Of a stretch of DNA of 64,000 nt, positions 38,951-52,432 are shown piece after piece. Every line of letters starts with the position of its first letter. Positions within the stretch are counted from its first letter, which is position 1. The notes beneath the pieces were generated by a model. That model worked only from the letters and a program-made list of their open reading frames with translations. It was not told the DNA's origin and searched no databases. Position numbers and translations under genes: made by a program. Source of the stretch: Octopus vulgaris (Eukaryota); the NCBI GenBank assembly GCA_951406725.2, contig OX597832.1, forward strand, positions 40,114,001 through 40,178,000, given 5' to 3'.

Positions 38951-40537
38951 CTTCTATACGTTGGCCTTGCACAAATTCGCTTCTGTCTGTCGTTTATTCA
39001 TTTCCAGTGACTGAAACGAATTACAGAATAAAAGAGAGAGAAAAAATGATATTCTCTTATTCTCCCACTGGTTTCAGTGACTGGTTGCAGCCATGCTGGA
39101 GCTCTGCATAAATGGGTTTGGTTGATCAAGTCGAGCCCAGTAATTATCTTTAAGAATGGTATTTATTTTGTCGCCTCTCTTTTACCAAACCATTAAGTAA
39201 TAGGGATATAAACAAACCAACAACTGTTGACAAGTGGTGAAATCTATACAATCCCACACTGACACACACACACATGTGTGTGTGTGTATATATGACAGGC
39301 TTCCTTGTAGTTTCTGTCGCCCAAAGTCACTCCCAAGGCATAGGTCAACTTGAGATTGTAGTAGAAGACACTTGCTCATGGTGCAAAGCAAACTTCTTCA
39401 CGCTACCTATATCATCGTCATCATCATCATCGTATTTTATGCCTCTTTCATACAGTTCCAAAATTCTGGACAGGTCCCATCTCTTGTCTACATAGTCCCT
39501 ACTCTCTTGCACACCTAATAACAAAGACACCTGGCCCTGCCCTCTGGCACACTCAAAGACAGAAATAACTGGCTTTGTTGTGGTATGTGCCTTAATAGTG
39601 TAGACTGGATGAGTCTTATTTGCCACTGGCACCAGAAATGCTGGTCTGTACCCCAGTGCTAAAGATCCCTTCTACTTGTATCAGTTCTGAATACGGCCCT
39701 CTTAAAATCTGATGGAGTTTGCAGAAATGTCTCGCTTGTGTTTCTGTTTTCACATTTTCTACTGCTAGATGGTCTTCCTATTACCACTCACTTTATGCAT
39801 AAGGGGCATTTTATTGTGGTGCCGATATTTACACACACACACACACACACACATATCTTAGTCAGAGTAGATCTATTTCAGCCAATATTACTAATTGGTT
39901 TTACACCAGATATCAGTTAACTGGATATTAGTTAACAGGGTAGTAAACTGAAATCATGTGATCCTCAGAGGTGGGAGTTATGGAAAATACCCAGTTTTGC
40001 ACTGGGTATTAGATAACTGGGTGGTTGACTAAAATCATATGTGAAACCAATTGGCTAGATCAGCCGAAATGACTCTGTAATACTGTATACTTTGCTTAAT
40101 ATACCCAATCTATTGGCAATTATATAAGTACCTAATTCATCTGAATCTTTATATGTATGTACATGTTTCTTTACTACCCACAAGGGGCCAAACACAGAGG
40201 GGACAAACAAGGACAGACAAAGGGATTAAGTCGATTACATCGACCCCAGTGCGTAACTGGTACTTAGTTTATCGACCCCGAAAGGATGAAAGGCAAAGTC
40301 GACCTTGGCGGAATTTGAACTCACAACGTAACGGCAGACGAAATACGGCCTAGTCCTCTATAAACTAATATATAACTGCATCACCTATATATATACACTA
40401 AACTATGCCGTATGTGTGTGTGTGTACATACACAGAGTTGTGATTCTAATGTGTTGAGTTACACGGCAATGATTGTCTTCGGGCAGAAGTACCTTTAGCA
40501 ACTCCTGCACTTATTGTTGCATCTGTGTTCGTATATA

Positions 40538-40838
40538 TCTTTATATATAAAAGAGAGGTTGTGTGTCTGTCTCCTACGATTTAGATTCCTAACTACTCCC
40601 ACATTTTGCGGTGCAGTTTAACTAAAAGCGGGTATCTTATAGTCGGGATTCATATTGATCCCTTCTGGGTATTAGCGCACGTCTACGATGAGTCTACGAT
40701 TTAAAAAAAAAGTTTACCATAATTTTTTTCCCATTTTTAATGCATTTTTTTGCTATTATATAAGGGAAGTAACTCTCTAAAAATGCTTATATAGTTATTT
40801 CCCTTACAAACCCGAGCAATGCCGGGCAATACTGCTAG
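40538..40838 (+). mobile_element. Non-autonomous Helitron
   Basis: A|TC start, hairpin CCCGAGCAATGCCGGG, CTAG|T end; 3' ~130 bp shared with 29755-30154. Confidence 0.85.
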
Positions 40839-40894
40839 TATATATATATATGAAAAGATGAAATGAAAAGATCCATATATATATATATATATAT

Positions 40895-41155
40895 ATATGG
40901 ATCTTTTCATTTCAAGAGAAGAAAGAGATGGACGCTTCAATTCTATGCTGCTGCCGCATTATGTCGTACGCGAATGAGAAGATTTGCATCCCCAACCAAG
41001 AATTTTTGATGTAACACATGTCCTTGTGGAAGCTGTTGTGCGCGGCTGAAGAAGGCCACAGACATACATTATGCATTGTTATAAATCTGTCTAATAAAGG
41101 CCCGAAACATATGTACCGCTGAATCCCTCGCATCATGTTTTTACTTTATTTTGAT

Positions 41156-41158
<3 letters not shown>
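40895..41158 (+). mobile_element. Probable Penelope-like element terminal (pLTR) fragment between (TA)n tracts
   Basis: Non-repetitive insert flanked by (TA)n on both sides, carries the hammerhead motif, T-rich 3' end. Confidence 0.5.
41042..41119 (+). ncRNA. Minimal type I hammerhead ribozyme motif (Penelope-like element type)
   Basis: GCGG-CTGAAGA-AGGCC...GGCCC-GAAAC-ATAT-GTA-CCGC: stem I GCGG/CCGC, stem II GGCC/GGCC, palindromic stem III ACATATGT, cleavage triplet GUA. Confidence 0.7.
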
Positions 41159-41205
<47 letters not shown>

Positions 41206-42667
41206 GTTTCTGTTGTGTGTGTGTGTACACGGATGTTTACGTTTCTGTTATGTCACCTTACGTAATACACTCCAGATCCGGTTATTGTGCTACACCTACC
41301 TCGCCTTACACATTGTAACCCCCCCCCCCCCCACCGTATTTAAACGCCCCACTCACCACTACTACCACTACTCTGCATTATTGACTCTTTATTTCGAGTT
41401 CCAATTTGATATGCCAGAGCGACAGGGGCAGGATGAACACGCAGGATGGGCAGGTGACATTGTTCTCTGAATACGCACGCTTGCATCACACATCGACAAG
41501 ATCAGAGGTTGTTGAAGATGGGGTACCAACACTCTCATCGGAAAGTCTGTGTGAATGAGCAACAGCAGCCTGGCACCCCGCCCTCCTTCACTACCAGTAA
41601 AGTCCCTCCCCGTGTTCTTTACTCCCTTAAACCTGTCCTCCCCAACTCACTCTACCTTGCCCCTTATAGTCTGCACTCCCATTATCTACCCCTAACCCTC
41701 TTTATGTCTAATTTACTTCGACTATTTCACTTCAACACTGACTCAAAATTCTAATACATTCTTTCATTTGTCTTTCCTTTTTTTCTGTCACCTTTACCCA
41801 CGCAAATACACACACGAGGTGTTTCACTCGTCTTATTCGTAATATCTTTGTATTCAGGCAAATTATGCAATTAAGTCCTGTATTTACGCCAAGAAAAATA
41901 TTTCCAGAATTGTGACACAAAATCCATAGACCCAGTTTTTTCGCTTTATATTTTTCTGTGGCAGTGTCCTCATTTAAGTTTGATTAATAGCATTCCAAAC
42001 GTGACCATCCCGTTGCTTTGTTTCCTTTCAAGCAGTAAGCGCCCAGGACCACAATATCCAATACCTTTTTCATTTCAGTGTATTGAGGTGTGAGTTGAGA
42101 GGTATACGACTGCTGTTTCTAGCAGTGTCTCCTTACAACGGCGGTTTCTAATGTAGCCATCAAGGTCCCATACATTAAAGGTACAGCTGAGCACACCCTG
42201 TTGCTCTTTCCTCTCTCTCCCTCCCTCAGTATTTCCCTGTGTATTTTGTATCGACCCCGGAAGCATTAGGGACCTAACTAAATACCGCAATCTACCAGTT
42301 CTGACAGAAACTAGTTGACGAAGTTTTATCATCGCTACTCTCATTTCCTCACCTATCTTTTCTTTCTGTGTAAATAAATTTATTCTGGATCTCAACTACA
42401 TATTCCTCAGTATTATTCTTCATATTTTATTAAAACAAACTCCCTGAGCCTGCTTATCTCCTCCCTCCTGGGGACTATTATTCTGTCAGTCACTCATCCG
42501 TCTATCCATATAGTGCAGTCAACATTAATCGCATCCTCGCTGACTAAACTATCTTCTCTCTCTATGTCTATCAGGCAATGAATTAGTTCCATGCTGTTTT
42601 TTCTTCTTTCCTTTTTTCCATACTTTCATCTTCCCAGAATATCTCCAACTCTCTCTCTCTCTCCCTC

Positions 42668-42723
<56 letters not shown>

Positions 42724-42959
42724 CCTTTGCATCAACCTTTCCGTCTCTCCAATTCACCCGTTTTCACTATATCAACTTTATTAAAAAATACTGTTGTTGT
42801 TTTGTTTAGTAAATTTTTTAAAGATTTGGTTTGTTTTTTTCCACTTTCCTTTCCTTGTGTTAGTGTTGCTGTAGTTCTTCCTCCTCCGGCTGGTTGTGGG
42901 GCGTAAGACATGATTTAGTTGCGTTTCTGTGTGAAATCAGCCGTTCCTTGTTGGAAATG

Positions 42960-43320
<361 letters not shown>

Positions 43321-43359
43321 CACGAGTAAACAAATAGAGAGACAATCAAAGAAAGGAAT

Positions 43360-44307
43360 CAAAAAGAGCGAAGTCTGCTACTGTTGCTGCTACTACTACT
43401 ACTACTACTACTGCTGGAATTCTGTGAAAGTCCTCTCTCGCCGCGATGCAGGGTATTGGGAGAAAGGGAGAGAGAACCAGTTGAAGTTAAGACTGAAAGC
43501 TGAAGATTTCTCAACAGAACATCCAGTTTGGTTTCGAGAGAGAGAAATGCAATCACGAAAGAGTTGGCAGACTGAGCGAAGCCGGCCGGCCGGTTCATTT
43601 CTTTTTCCTCTCCCCGTAAGGGAAGCCTGCCAGCTTATAGCCTAGCCTAGCCTAGTCTAAGCTAGATTCTTTACCTGGTTGTTGCCATTCCGTTCTTCCT
43701 GCCCGACTCTATAGCTTCACTTTTTTCTTTTTTTTACTACCATCCTCTTTTTTTGTATCTTCCTCTCATTTTAACTTTCATTCTGACATTTCAGAAGAAA
43801 GAACTGGGAGAATAAATAGGGATTCGCTTCTGCAGAGCACTACTACTACAACAGCCTTTCTGCCTTCATCGTCATAGCACCCAATATTCCACCGTCTCCA
43901 CCATTTGGTTTCCTCTTTGGTTGGGTGATCTCTCAACTTATTTTCTCTCTCTCTTCCCATTTCCCTTATTTATTCCGTTTGCCAGCGATCATCGCAGCAT
44001 AATGGATTGGGTTCCATTTTAACTTGACGGCAACTCGATAATTTTGATCTCATTGTGGAACACTTTCTTCTTCTCGTTTGAAACTATGAAAAAACAGCCG
44101 TGCGCTGTAGGATTCAGTCGGACTAAAACCTGAAGGGAATATTTTTTGTCGAAAAAACCCCCCAAAAATACAGGGTGAAGAAGAAAAAACCCGAGACAAC
44201 TAAACAGTATATATTTATAAATATAAATATATATACCAGCTACTTTTTAAACGACTTGATTCTGGTATTTAGAAGAAACACAAACCCCGTTGCTCGAATT
44301 TCATAAG
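43360..44307 (+). promoter_or_regulatory. Candidate internal promoter plus non-coding first exon
   Basis: ~1 kb transposon-free, visibly CpG-rich block (GCCGGCCGGCCGG at ~43581), GA tracts, short uORF-like frames (MDWVPF*, MKKQPCAVGFSRTKT*), donor AAG|GTAATG at 44307/44308. Confidence 0.5.
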
Positions 44308-47152
44308 GTAATGTTGGATGATCAACCTCAGCCATTTCTTTCTCTTTTTTATGTGATATTTCATCGTAAAATGTAACCTAAAACTCTATATTCGTTCACT
44401 TTGTAATATTTTTTCTGTATTCTCATGTTTTCTTTATATCTGCACCGTTTATAATTCGTTTTTGTGTGTATATTATTGGTGTTAGAGTGTGAGCGTGTAA
44501 ATATTATAGTATTAGGGTTCATCTAGACGTCGTCCACCCGTTCCCCTTTCATTCAAGCAACAGAAGTACATTTTGTTTTCAGCGATCCCAGTCGGCAGAG
44601 AATTTCGTTTCTTTTCACTGTTAAAAGTCATTTCATTTGTATAGGGTTTATAGGAAACGAGATCGGGAGGGGTTCAGGCGAGTTGGGATCACACACACAC
44701 ACACACACACGCACGTACAGGAACACTCACGCACGTTTGTTAAAAGGAAATGGGTTTTCAACAGGGAGCAGAAATGAAATCATGGACTTGGGGGGTTCGC
44801 CGGATTTGGTTTTTTACATGTGTGTGTGTGAAAAACTATCGCTTTTGTTTCTCTGATCAAACTTGTCCATGTTCCATGCTACAACTAATTGCCATCACAC
44901 ACACACACGCAAATTGGTATCTAACTTCATATGCAACTCTTGGCTGAGAAAGAGAATTTATTTCATATCTGTCTTTTTTTTTATTATTTATTCTTAAACT
45001 TTCAACAATTCCATTCACTCCCTGTAATATCCCGCCACCGCTTCTACCTCCAAAATTAAAATCTAATGTATATTAAATTCTGTTATAAAGTCCATCTTCT
45101 ACTGGGGTCAACTTCTCCCTTTTATCCTTACGGGAGGGACCGTTAGAATGAGATACTAATGAAGTACACGGGGTCGATATGATTTAACCTAACCCCAATC
45201 CTCAAATTCTTACGCTTATGTCAGAAATAATTTCGGGTGCATGTGCGCAAGGATGTATGTATGGCGGGGTGTGTGTGTGTGTCGAGACCTTGTTGCTAGC
45301 AATAATAGTAGCAGGAGTTGTCAATCAAGCTTATTTTTCTTAATCCATATATAGATAGGGGGGCGGGTAGAAGAAAGACTAACCTTTTTTAAACGATAAA
45401 AGGTATGTTACATACGGGTGAGCTCACCCAATTATTGTTGGTTTCTCTATGCATGTGTGCGTTTGTGTGTTTGAGAGGAAGTTCTCAGTTCAGAAATTAC
45501 TGTAGTGCCGAGACCTATTTCACGAGTTGGGTTCGTGTATTTCGTTTGATCGCATTTGCGGGTGCGCATGTATGTGTGTGTGTGTGTGTGTGTGTGTGCG
45601 AGAGAGAGAGAGAGATATATAAAGCATAGTCAAAGGCCTACGAAGAGATTACATTGTGATAGCCTTTATTGTTGGATAATATGGGTGTATATATTATAGG
45701 TTATTGTACCATCTCCATTCACCCCTTTCTTCGACATTACCGCCTCTAATAATATATATACACGCTGGACGTTCGTTGTATTGTACACAATTCCTATCTC
45801 CTGCCTTAAAAAATGTGGACGTTGGATTACGTGGTCACCATGTACACTCTGAAAAATTAATGAAATAAAAGATAGGGTAGTCCTAGCTGGAACAGTTACT
45901 CGGCCGGACCTAGCCTTGGGCTAAACAAGTATATAACCAAAGGAGGCTAGTATGATAATAAAAGCGTGCCTGAGAATAGAAATTCATCAGAGGAAACGAA
46001 CCTCATACATACGCTAATTACAAATGTGGACAGCGTGTAGCTGAATTAGTAATATCGTCTTGAAGTCGTTCTTTTTAATTAGGACGTGTGAAAATCTCAC
46101 TGGACATCTTGGTAAAAAGAGAACAGCTATGAAGATCCTTTAGTGTTGTTCAATTATCTGACTATGAACATTTGTATTGTTATCCATTCCTCGTTGTTGG
46201 TTGTTTGCTGGGTTTTTTTATATTTCGCCTGTTGAGGGTCCTCACAATTGTTGGGTCCTTTGTAGCCAGTAAAGAAATCTACTGTTATTGTAAGAAATTA
46301 TTGTTTTATTATTATTATTATTATCATTATTATTATTATTACTACTGCTACTACTCCTACTAGCGCACTAACAGAATCATTAGCGCGTCGAACTAAATAA
46401 ATGCTTAGTGTCATATTTCTTACGGTTCATTTATTACGTTCTGGGTTCAAAGTCTGACGACTTTTCGGGGTCGATAAAATAAGGGTTCCAGTTGAGCACT
46501 AGGGCCCGTTGTAATTATAATCAACCAGCACTTCCAAAATTTCAGGCCGTGTGGCTTATATTTGAAAGAAATTATTATTAATGCTGGCTGGGGCTGGCAG
46601 AATCGTTCGGGCGTCGGACAAAAATTCTTCAGTGGCATTTCTTCCAACTTGTTCGTTACGTTCTGGGTTCAAATTCCGCCGAAGCCGACTTGGCCTTTTC
46701 ACCATTTCAGGGTCGATGAAGTAAGTACCAGTTGAGCCCTGGGATCGATGTAATCGACTACCCCTCTCTTTAAAAACAAAATGCTGGCCTTATGTCAAAA
46801 TTTGAAGCTTTTATGTTGTTAGATTTTGTTCTATGAGTCAGATATGTTTTATTGATCCTTCGGGACTACAAACAACAGAATCTATCGGGACGAATATAAT
46901 GGTGTTCTTCGGGTTTATGGAGAAAGCCCACTTATTGTTGCTGTTGCTTCAAGAGGCGGTTAATATTTAATCTTTTGGTTATGGAACCCCTGCAGTGGTT
47001 GAAAGTCTGAAGCTGACCCATGGATATTTTAGACAGAGCTCCGATATTGCTTGTTCCACTTTTAGGGGCTCGCCCCCCCCCCCCCAAGCTCTCGCTGGCA
47101 TTGATGAAGTGTTGTGGATACAACTGCATCCTCGCTTCAGTATCTTTTTAGC

Positions 47153-47187
<35 letters not shown>

Positions 47188-47197
47188 GGTACTACTA

Positions 47198-47433
47198 CAG
47201 GGTGTTCATAAATTATCTTTACAACTTTCATAATTCATTGATTGTATCCATTTAAGCTGGGCTCCATCAATCCCACTTCTTCGTAACCAATGGAACCCAC
47301 GTGGAAATGTTCTGATGTTTCTAATAAAACTTTGCTTATGTTTTCGAATAAACCCTGCTGAGTTATCCTTATACTCCCCCCCCCCCCCGCTGATTTTTTT
47401 TTCAAATTGTAAAGGTAATTTATGGACACCCTC
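47198..47433. mobile_element. Tc1/mariner-type MITE inside a (TAC)n tract
   Basis: ~30-bp imperfect TIR CAGGGTGTTCATAAATTATCTTTACAACTTT / AAATTGTAAAGGTAATTTATGGACACCCTC, TA on both sides. Confidence 0.85.
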
Positions 47434-47436
47434 TAT

Positions 47437-47499
<63 letters not shown>

Positions 47500-47832
47500 G
47501 ACAGATAATAGTTTCTTAAGCGCAAAGCTACATGCCTTCCACTAGAAAAATGTTATCCATTTTATCAAGAAATTTGCGTAGGACCCCACAGTGTGTACTT
47601 GACTGGTACTTTATTTTATCGTTTTCTCCCCCAAAAGAATGAAAGACAAAAGTTTTGACTGCTGTAGGATTTGAACTCAGAACATATTTTAAAAGTTTTG
47701 ACTGCTGTAGGATTTGAACTCAGAACATATTTTTTAAAAATCGTAATTAAATGTTTTGCAAGGCATGTTTACCAAACGTTAGCAGTTCTGTCAATCCAAT
47801 ATGTCAACATTTATTTTCTCCATACATTATCA

Positions 47833-48152
47833 TCGGTGAAGACCCCCTTCGGTCACGACACTGACCATGGGATTGCACCCAGAAAGTTACCCTCCGAGGC
47901 ACAAGTCCGGGCAAGGTTGTTTATGAAGACCAGCAGTCGCCCATGCATACCAGCCTCCCTTCTTCATGTCACTGATGTTATCCAAGGGCAAAGGCAAAGG
48001 GGCCGATACAGCTTGGTACCTGTGACATCATAACTCGTTTCTACAGCTGAGTGAACTGGAGCAACGTGAAAATGTCCTATTCACAATCCGGGAATCGAAC
48101 TCACAATCTCGTAATTGTGAGTTCGATGCTCTAACCATTGAGCCATGCGCCT
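47833..48152 (-). mobile_element. tRNA-derived SINE family E (3' fragment also at ~2715-2830)
   Basis: Minus strand reads GGCGCATGGCTCAATGGTTAGAGC...GAGTTCGATTCCCGG. Confidence 0.75.
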
Positions 48153-49189
48153 ACCGTTCTTAAAAAACTTCTATGAGTCTACCTGCCTACTCACCCACAC
48201 ACACTACCTGACTTCTTCATACGACAGACAATTCATTCTCTTCCGATGTTTCATACAAATGAATGTAGGTTGGTGTTGGCCCTACCTTTCCTTTCTTCCT
48301 AGAATACTGCTGCCAGGGGAAGCTGATACGTTGATTAATGGTATCTCTGAAAATCTTCCGTGATGGGTGGGGGGGCTCTTACCTCCATCGTTCTCCCCCC
48401 CCCCCCCCGCACACACGCACGCGATATGATGTTGGCTGTTGTCAGGTTGATTACGGTGGGGAGTGGAGCTGGGAAGAAAACACCCTTATCTCTGGGCTGA
48501 TTCTCGCTGTCAAAGCAGGTATATGGCTTTCAGGGTGTTGGTATGTCTGTTACCTTTCACACACTCCACGGTATTTTGACTGTTTTGTTTTTGTTGTTGT
48601 TGTTGTTCCAACGGTTATCTCCTTTTTACTCTCTCTCCACTTCATCACCTGGCGGTGGCGATGGTCTCTGTGCGTGCGTACGTACGTGCGTGTGTTTGTG
48701 TCGAATAATACAAACATCTGTATAAAGGAAACCCTCGTACACATTATCCATCCACACAGGCTTGCCTACATAAATACAGACATGCAGGCACACACAACAC
48801 ACACACAAACACCACATGCTTGCACACAACATACACATGCATACGCAAAATGTGCACACGCACTCAGGGATTGAGGGATGAAGCCGTGGAAAGAGCGATA
48901 CTTGAAACTGAAATAGTGTGGGGGGAGACAGTAGGGGACAGATGAAGATAACAAGTGATGCACAGGTAATGATGATGATGATGGTGGTGGTAGTATTTTA
49001 CAGGAAGTGTTGTAAGTCAATTGCACCAATCTAGTGTATTACTGGTACCTATTTTATCAGCATTTGAAGAATAAAAGAGCTACATGATCACTCCACTTGC
49101 TAGAAATAAGTCATCCCTCCATCATCGTTTTTGCTATTTAAAAAATGGAAGGCTACATTGGCTAATTTAGTCCTAAATATATACAAAAA

Positions 49190-49408
49190 GCGAGCTGGCA
49201 GAATCGTTAGCACGCCGGGCGAAATGCTTAGCGTATTTCGTCTGCCGTTACGTTCTGGGTTCAAATTCCGCCGAGGTCGACTTTGCCTTTCATCCTTTTG
49301 GGGTTGATAAATTAAGTACCAGTTACGTACTGGGAGCAGGGTCGATGTAATTGACTTAATCAGTCTGTTTGTCCCCTCTGTGTTTAGCCCCTTGTGGGTA
49401 GTAAAGAA
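49190..49408 (+). mobile_element. SINE family A (other + strand copies near 2387-2577, 30215-30435, 34444-34600, 46585-46810, 53391-53623, 58288-58500, 60700-60880)
   Basis: Family A homology; TSD AAATATATACAAAAAG; splits an older repeat. Confidence 0.85.
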
Positions 49409-50297
49409 AAATATATACAAAAAGACAGGATGGTCATGCCTAAGATACCTTCGATCATAGGTTTGTGTTACCAGGTTTGATCTGGAGTTAAACAGGATCT
49501 CTGGAAGAAAGAAAAACAAAGTGATCCATGGGTTACATTTGAACTCAGAAACCTGAGTTGAGAAACTGAAAAATCAAACAGTGCAGGGATGGGGGGGGGG
49601 GTACATCATTAATTTCTTTATTCTAAAAGAACAAAGGATAAAGACGACTTTTGAATGAGATTTAGAACTAGAATGAAATTAGGGAATTGATAAAAGTGAT
49701 TCCAGTATTTGCCTGGTAATTTATTTTATTGACCCTAGATTAATGAAATACAAAGTTGGCTTCAGTGGGATTTGAACTCTTGCCTAGTGTTACATTTTCT
49801 CTGTTGTTCTACTGATTATATCAATACACTGCCTTATATATTTTTGCTGTTCTACAGGTTCTGCTACCTAGCTGGACTCTCAGCAATAATAATAATAATT
49901 ATTATTATTATTATTTCTTTATTGCCCACAAGGAGCTAAACATAGAGGGGAAAAACAAGAACAGACAAGGGTATTAAGTCGATTACATCGGCCCCAGTGA
50001 TTAACTGGTACTTATTTAATCGACCCCGATAGGATGAAAGGCAAAGTCGACCTCGGCGGAATTTGAACTCAGACCGTAATTTAGGCATTAAGGCCACACA
50101 TTTGTCAGTATTGGCAGTACAAAAAATGCTCTCAATGCACTCTGTAAAGTGATTGATGCTAGGAAGGGCATCCATGTGTAGGCACCGGAGCACGAAGCAA
50201 CCCTTCAGCCCATCGGATTCTGTCAAAGTGTCCAACCCATTCCACCAGGGAATATGGACATTAATGATCATGATGAGGATGGTATGTAGTCTTAATT

Positions 50298-50530
50298 AGG
50301 TGACGAGCTGGCAGAAGCGTTAGTACGCCGGGCAAAATGCTTTGCGGTATTTCGTCTGTCGTTACGTTGTGAGTTCAAATTCCGCCGAGGTCGACTTTGC
50401 CTTTCATCCTTTCGGGGTCGATAAATTAAGCACCAGTTATGCACTGGGGGTCAATGTAATCAACTTAATACCTATGTATGTCCTTGTTTGTCCCCTCTAT
50501 GTTTAGCCCCTTGTGGGTAATAAAGAAACA
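50298..50530 (+). mobile_element. SINE family A monomer
   Basis: TSD GGTATGT(A/G)GTCTTAATT at 50281-50297 and 50531-50547. Confidence 0.9.
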
Positions 50531-50921
50531 GGTATGTGGTCTTAATTTTTGCCAATGTTAATTAGGATGTGGGAGTATTGTATTATTGCAGAAACTCTGG
50601 CTCTGTGTCATTATTAGTTGCACTGACCTTTGGTTGCAAGTGCCAAATGTTTGCCCACACTACTACCCAACACATTTCAAGTTCTCCAATAGTCGAGGGA
50701 GTGACTTGTATCATATTTACTTATTGGCTTTGTCAGTATGTCATCAGCAACACCATGTCTGCAGCAACAGCTCTTAACTATGATTTCAATCTCTCTGCCA
50801 GCATCACTACGCTGCTTGTTTGATATGCATGTACACACGCGCACGCTTGCACACACAAATACACAACCATTTACTTGTGCAAGTAGCATTCAATATATGT
50901 CCTGGCTCTCTAAGCAGTATC

Positions 50922-50958
<37 letters not shown>

Positions 50959-52249
50959 CACACACATCGATATACCCAGGCCCACACATGTATGTAAGCT
51001 TGTTTTTATGTAAAGCTGTATGATAAAACAGTTGAATATTAACTGGAAAGGTCCCTTGATACTTTGAGTACCAGATTTATTTATTTTTACAAAAAGAAAA
51101 ATGAAAAAAAGGTTGATAGTGATTTATGAAGTTTGGGTTTACAAGCCATCATCATTCATCACTTGAAAGCTTATGATTCAGTCATTGCGGACTATGAACC
51201 GAAGAACTGAGAGTAGCGATGATAGCACGGGTTTTAGCAGATTGAAATGAATATTATACACTCTGTTACACATCCTGAATATTTTTTCTACATTCAGATG
51301 TGTTTGTATAAATTGTATGTATAACCTTTAAACCAAACTAAACCATACATATATACATATGTATCCCCAAACCATTTGAAACAATTTAATTCCAAATACT
51401 TTTAAGACAAGATGCAGCCAACAAGATCTTCCTAGCTTTCCCTGGAACATTACTGAAAATCATGTACATATATCTGACATATTTCTTTATATTTTCTACA
51501 TCTAGAGGGTAAATGCATTCTTGAAAGATGTTGAATTTATTGGACTGATATATTTCTCTCTCTTTCTCTGTCTCTCTCTCACTCACTCACTCACACACAC
51601 ACACACACACACACATCTTGTAGTTAGATTGCTTTCTACTCTTTGTGGCCTTTAATTCTAAGTACATTTCAAATGTGAATATAAATAAATATACATAATT
51701 TATTAACTTTATATCCTGGTAATTACCCGGCTGCCCCACCCCCTTAACGTAAATTCTGTGAAATCTACCAGGGCAGAAAGGAAAGTTGCCCACCCCCTCC
51801 ATTCTCCTCTCATAACAATTTAGTAGATGAAATATTTTAAGACGAACTTCAGTTCACCCCCTCTGCCTGTCTGTCTGTCTCTCTCTGAATTTCTTGTTTG
51901 ATGAGAAATGGCAAGATGCTAAACGGAGCGGCAGTGATACGATATTCTCTGTGAGTTGTGTTTGAAACTTGAGCTCCAAGACGGTCCTTGTGTAAATAGC
52001 TTTTGGTGATGCTCTGTTATTCTTTATCTCATTGGCAGAGAAGAACTACGTTCACTTACCAATCCAATCCAATCCAATCCAGTCCAGCGCTTATTAATAT
52101 TTCTTCTGAATCGAATTCCAAAGAGAATTTCAAGAAATTCTTCGACTGCTCCTCTCAGACATCATGCAGAGTATAGATGAGCTAAACTAATAAGGTTTCT
52201 TCATGTCAGTAATATAGACATCATCTTATAATTGGTGCTTCCTCTTTCA

Positions 52250-52361
52250 TCACCTCTAGCAGACTCTCAGATTTTTATCTTCTACAGTATCTTGTGGTTA
52301 GAACCTTGAAGATATTACTTTTATCACCCCTAGAGCATAACTTTGAAGATATACTCTCTCT

Positions 52362-52432
<71 letters not shown>

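Noticed and set aside
41385-41545. Possible degenerate RTE zinc-knuckle (VTCPSC) on - strand
   Set aside because: Too short and frameshifted to call without a search
47235-47429. SEHFHVGS resembling a CRIB motif
   Set aside because: Opposite strand to pak, lacks ISxP, and lies inside a Tc1-type MITE
48338-48874. 178-aa ORF with CAG|GTATAT donor near 48518
   Set aside because: No recognisable protein motif and runs through simple repeats
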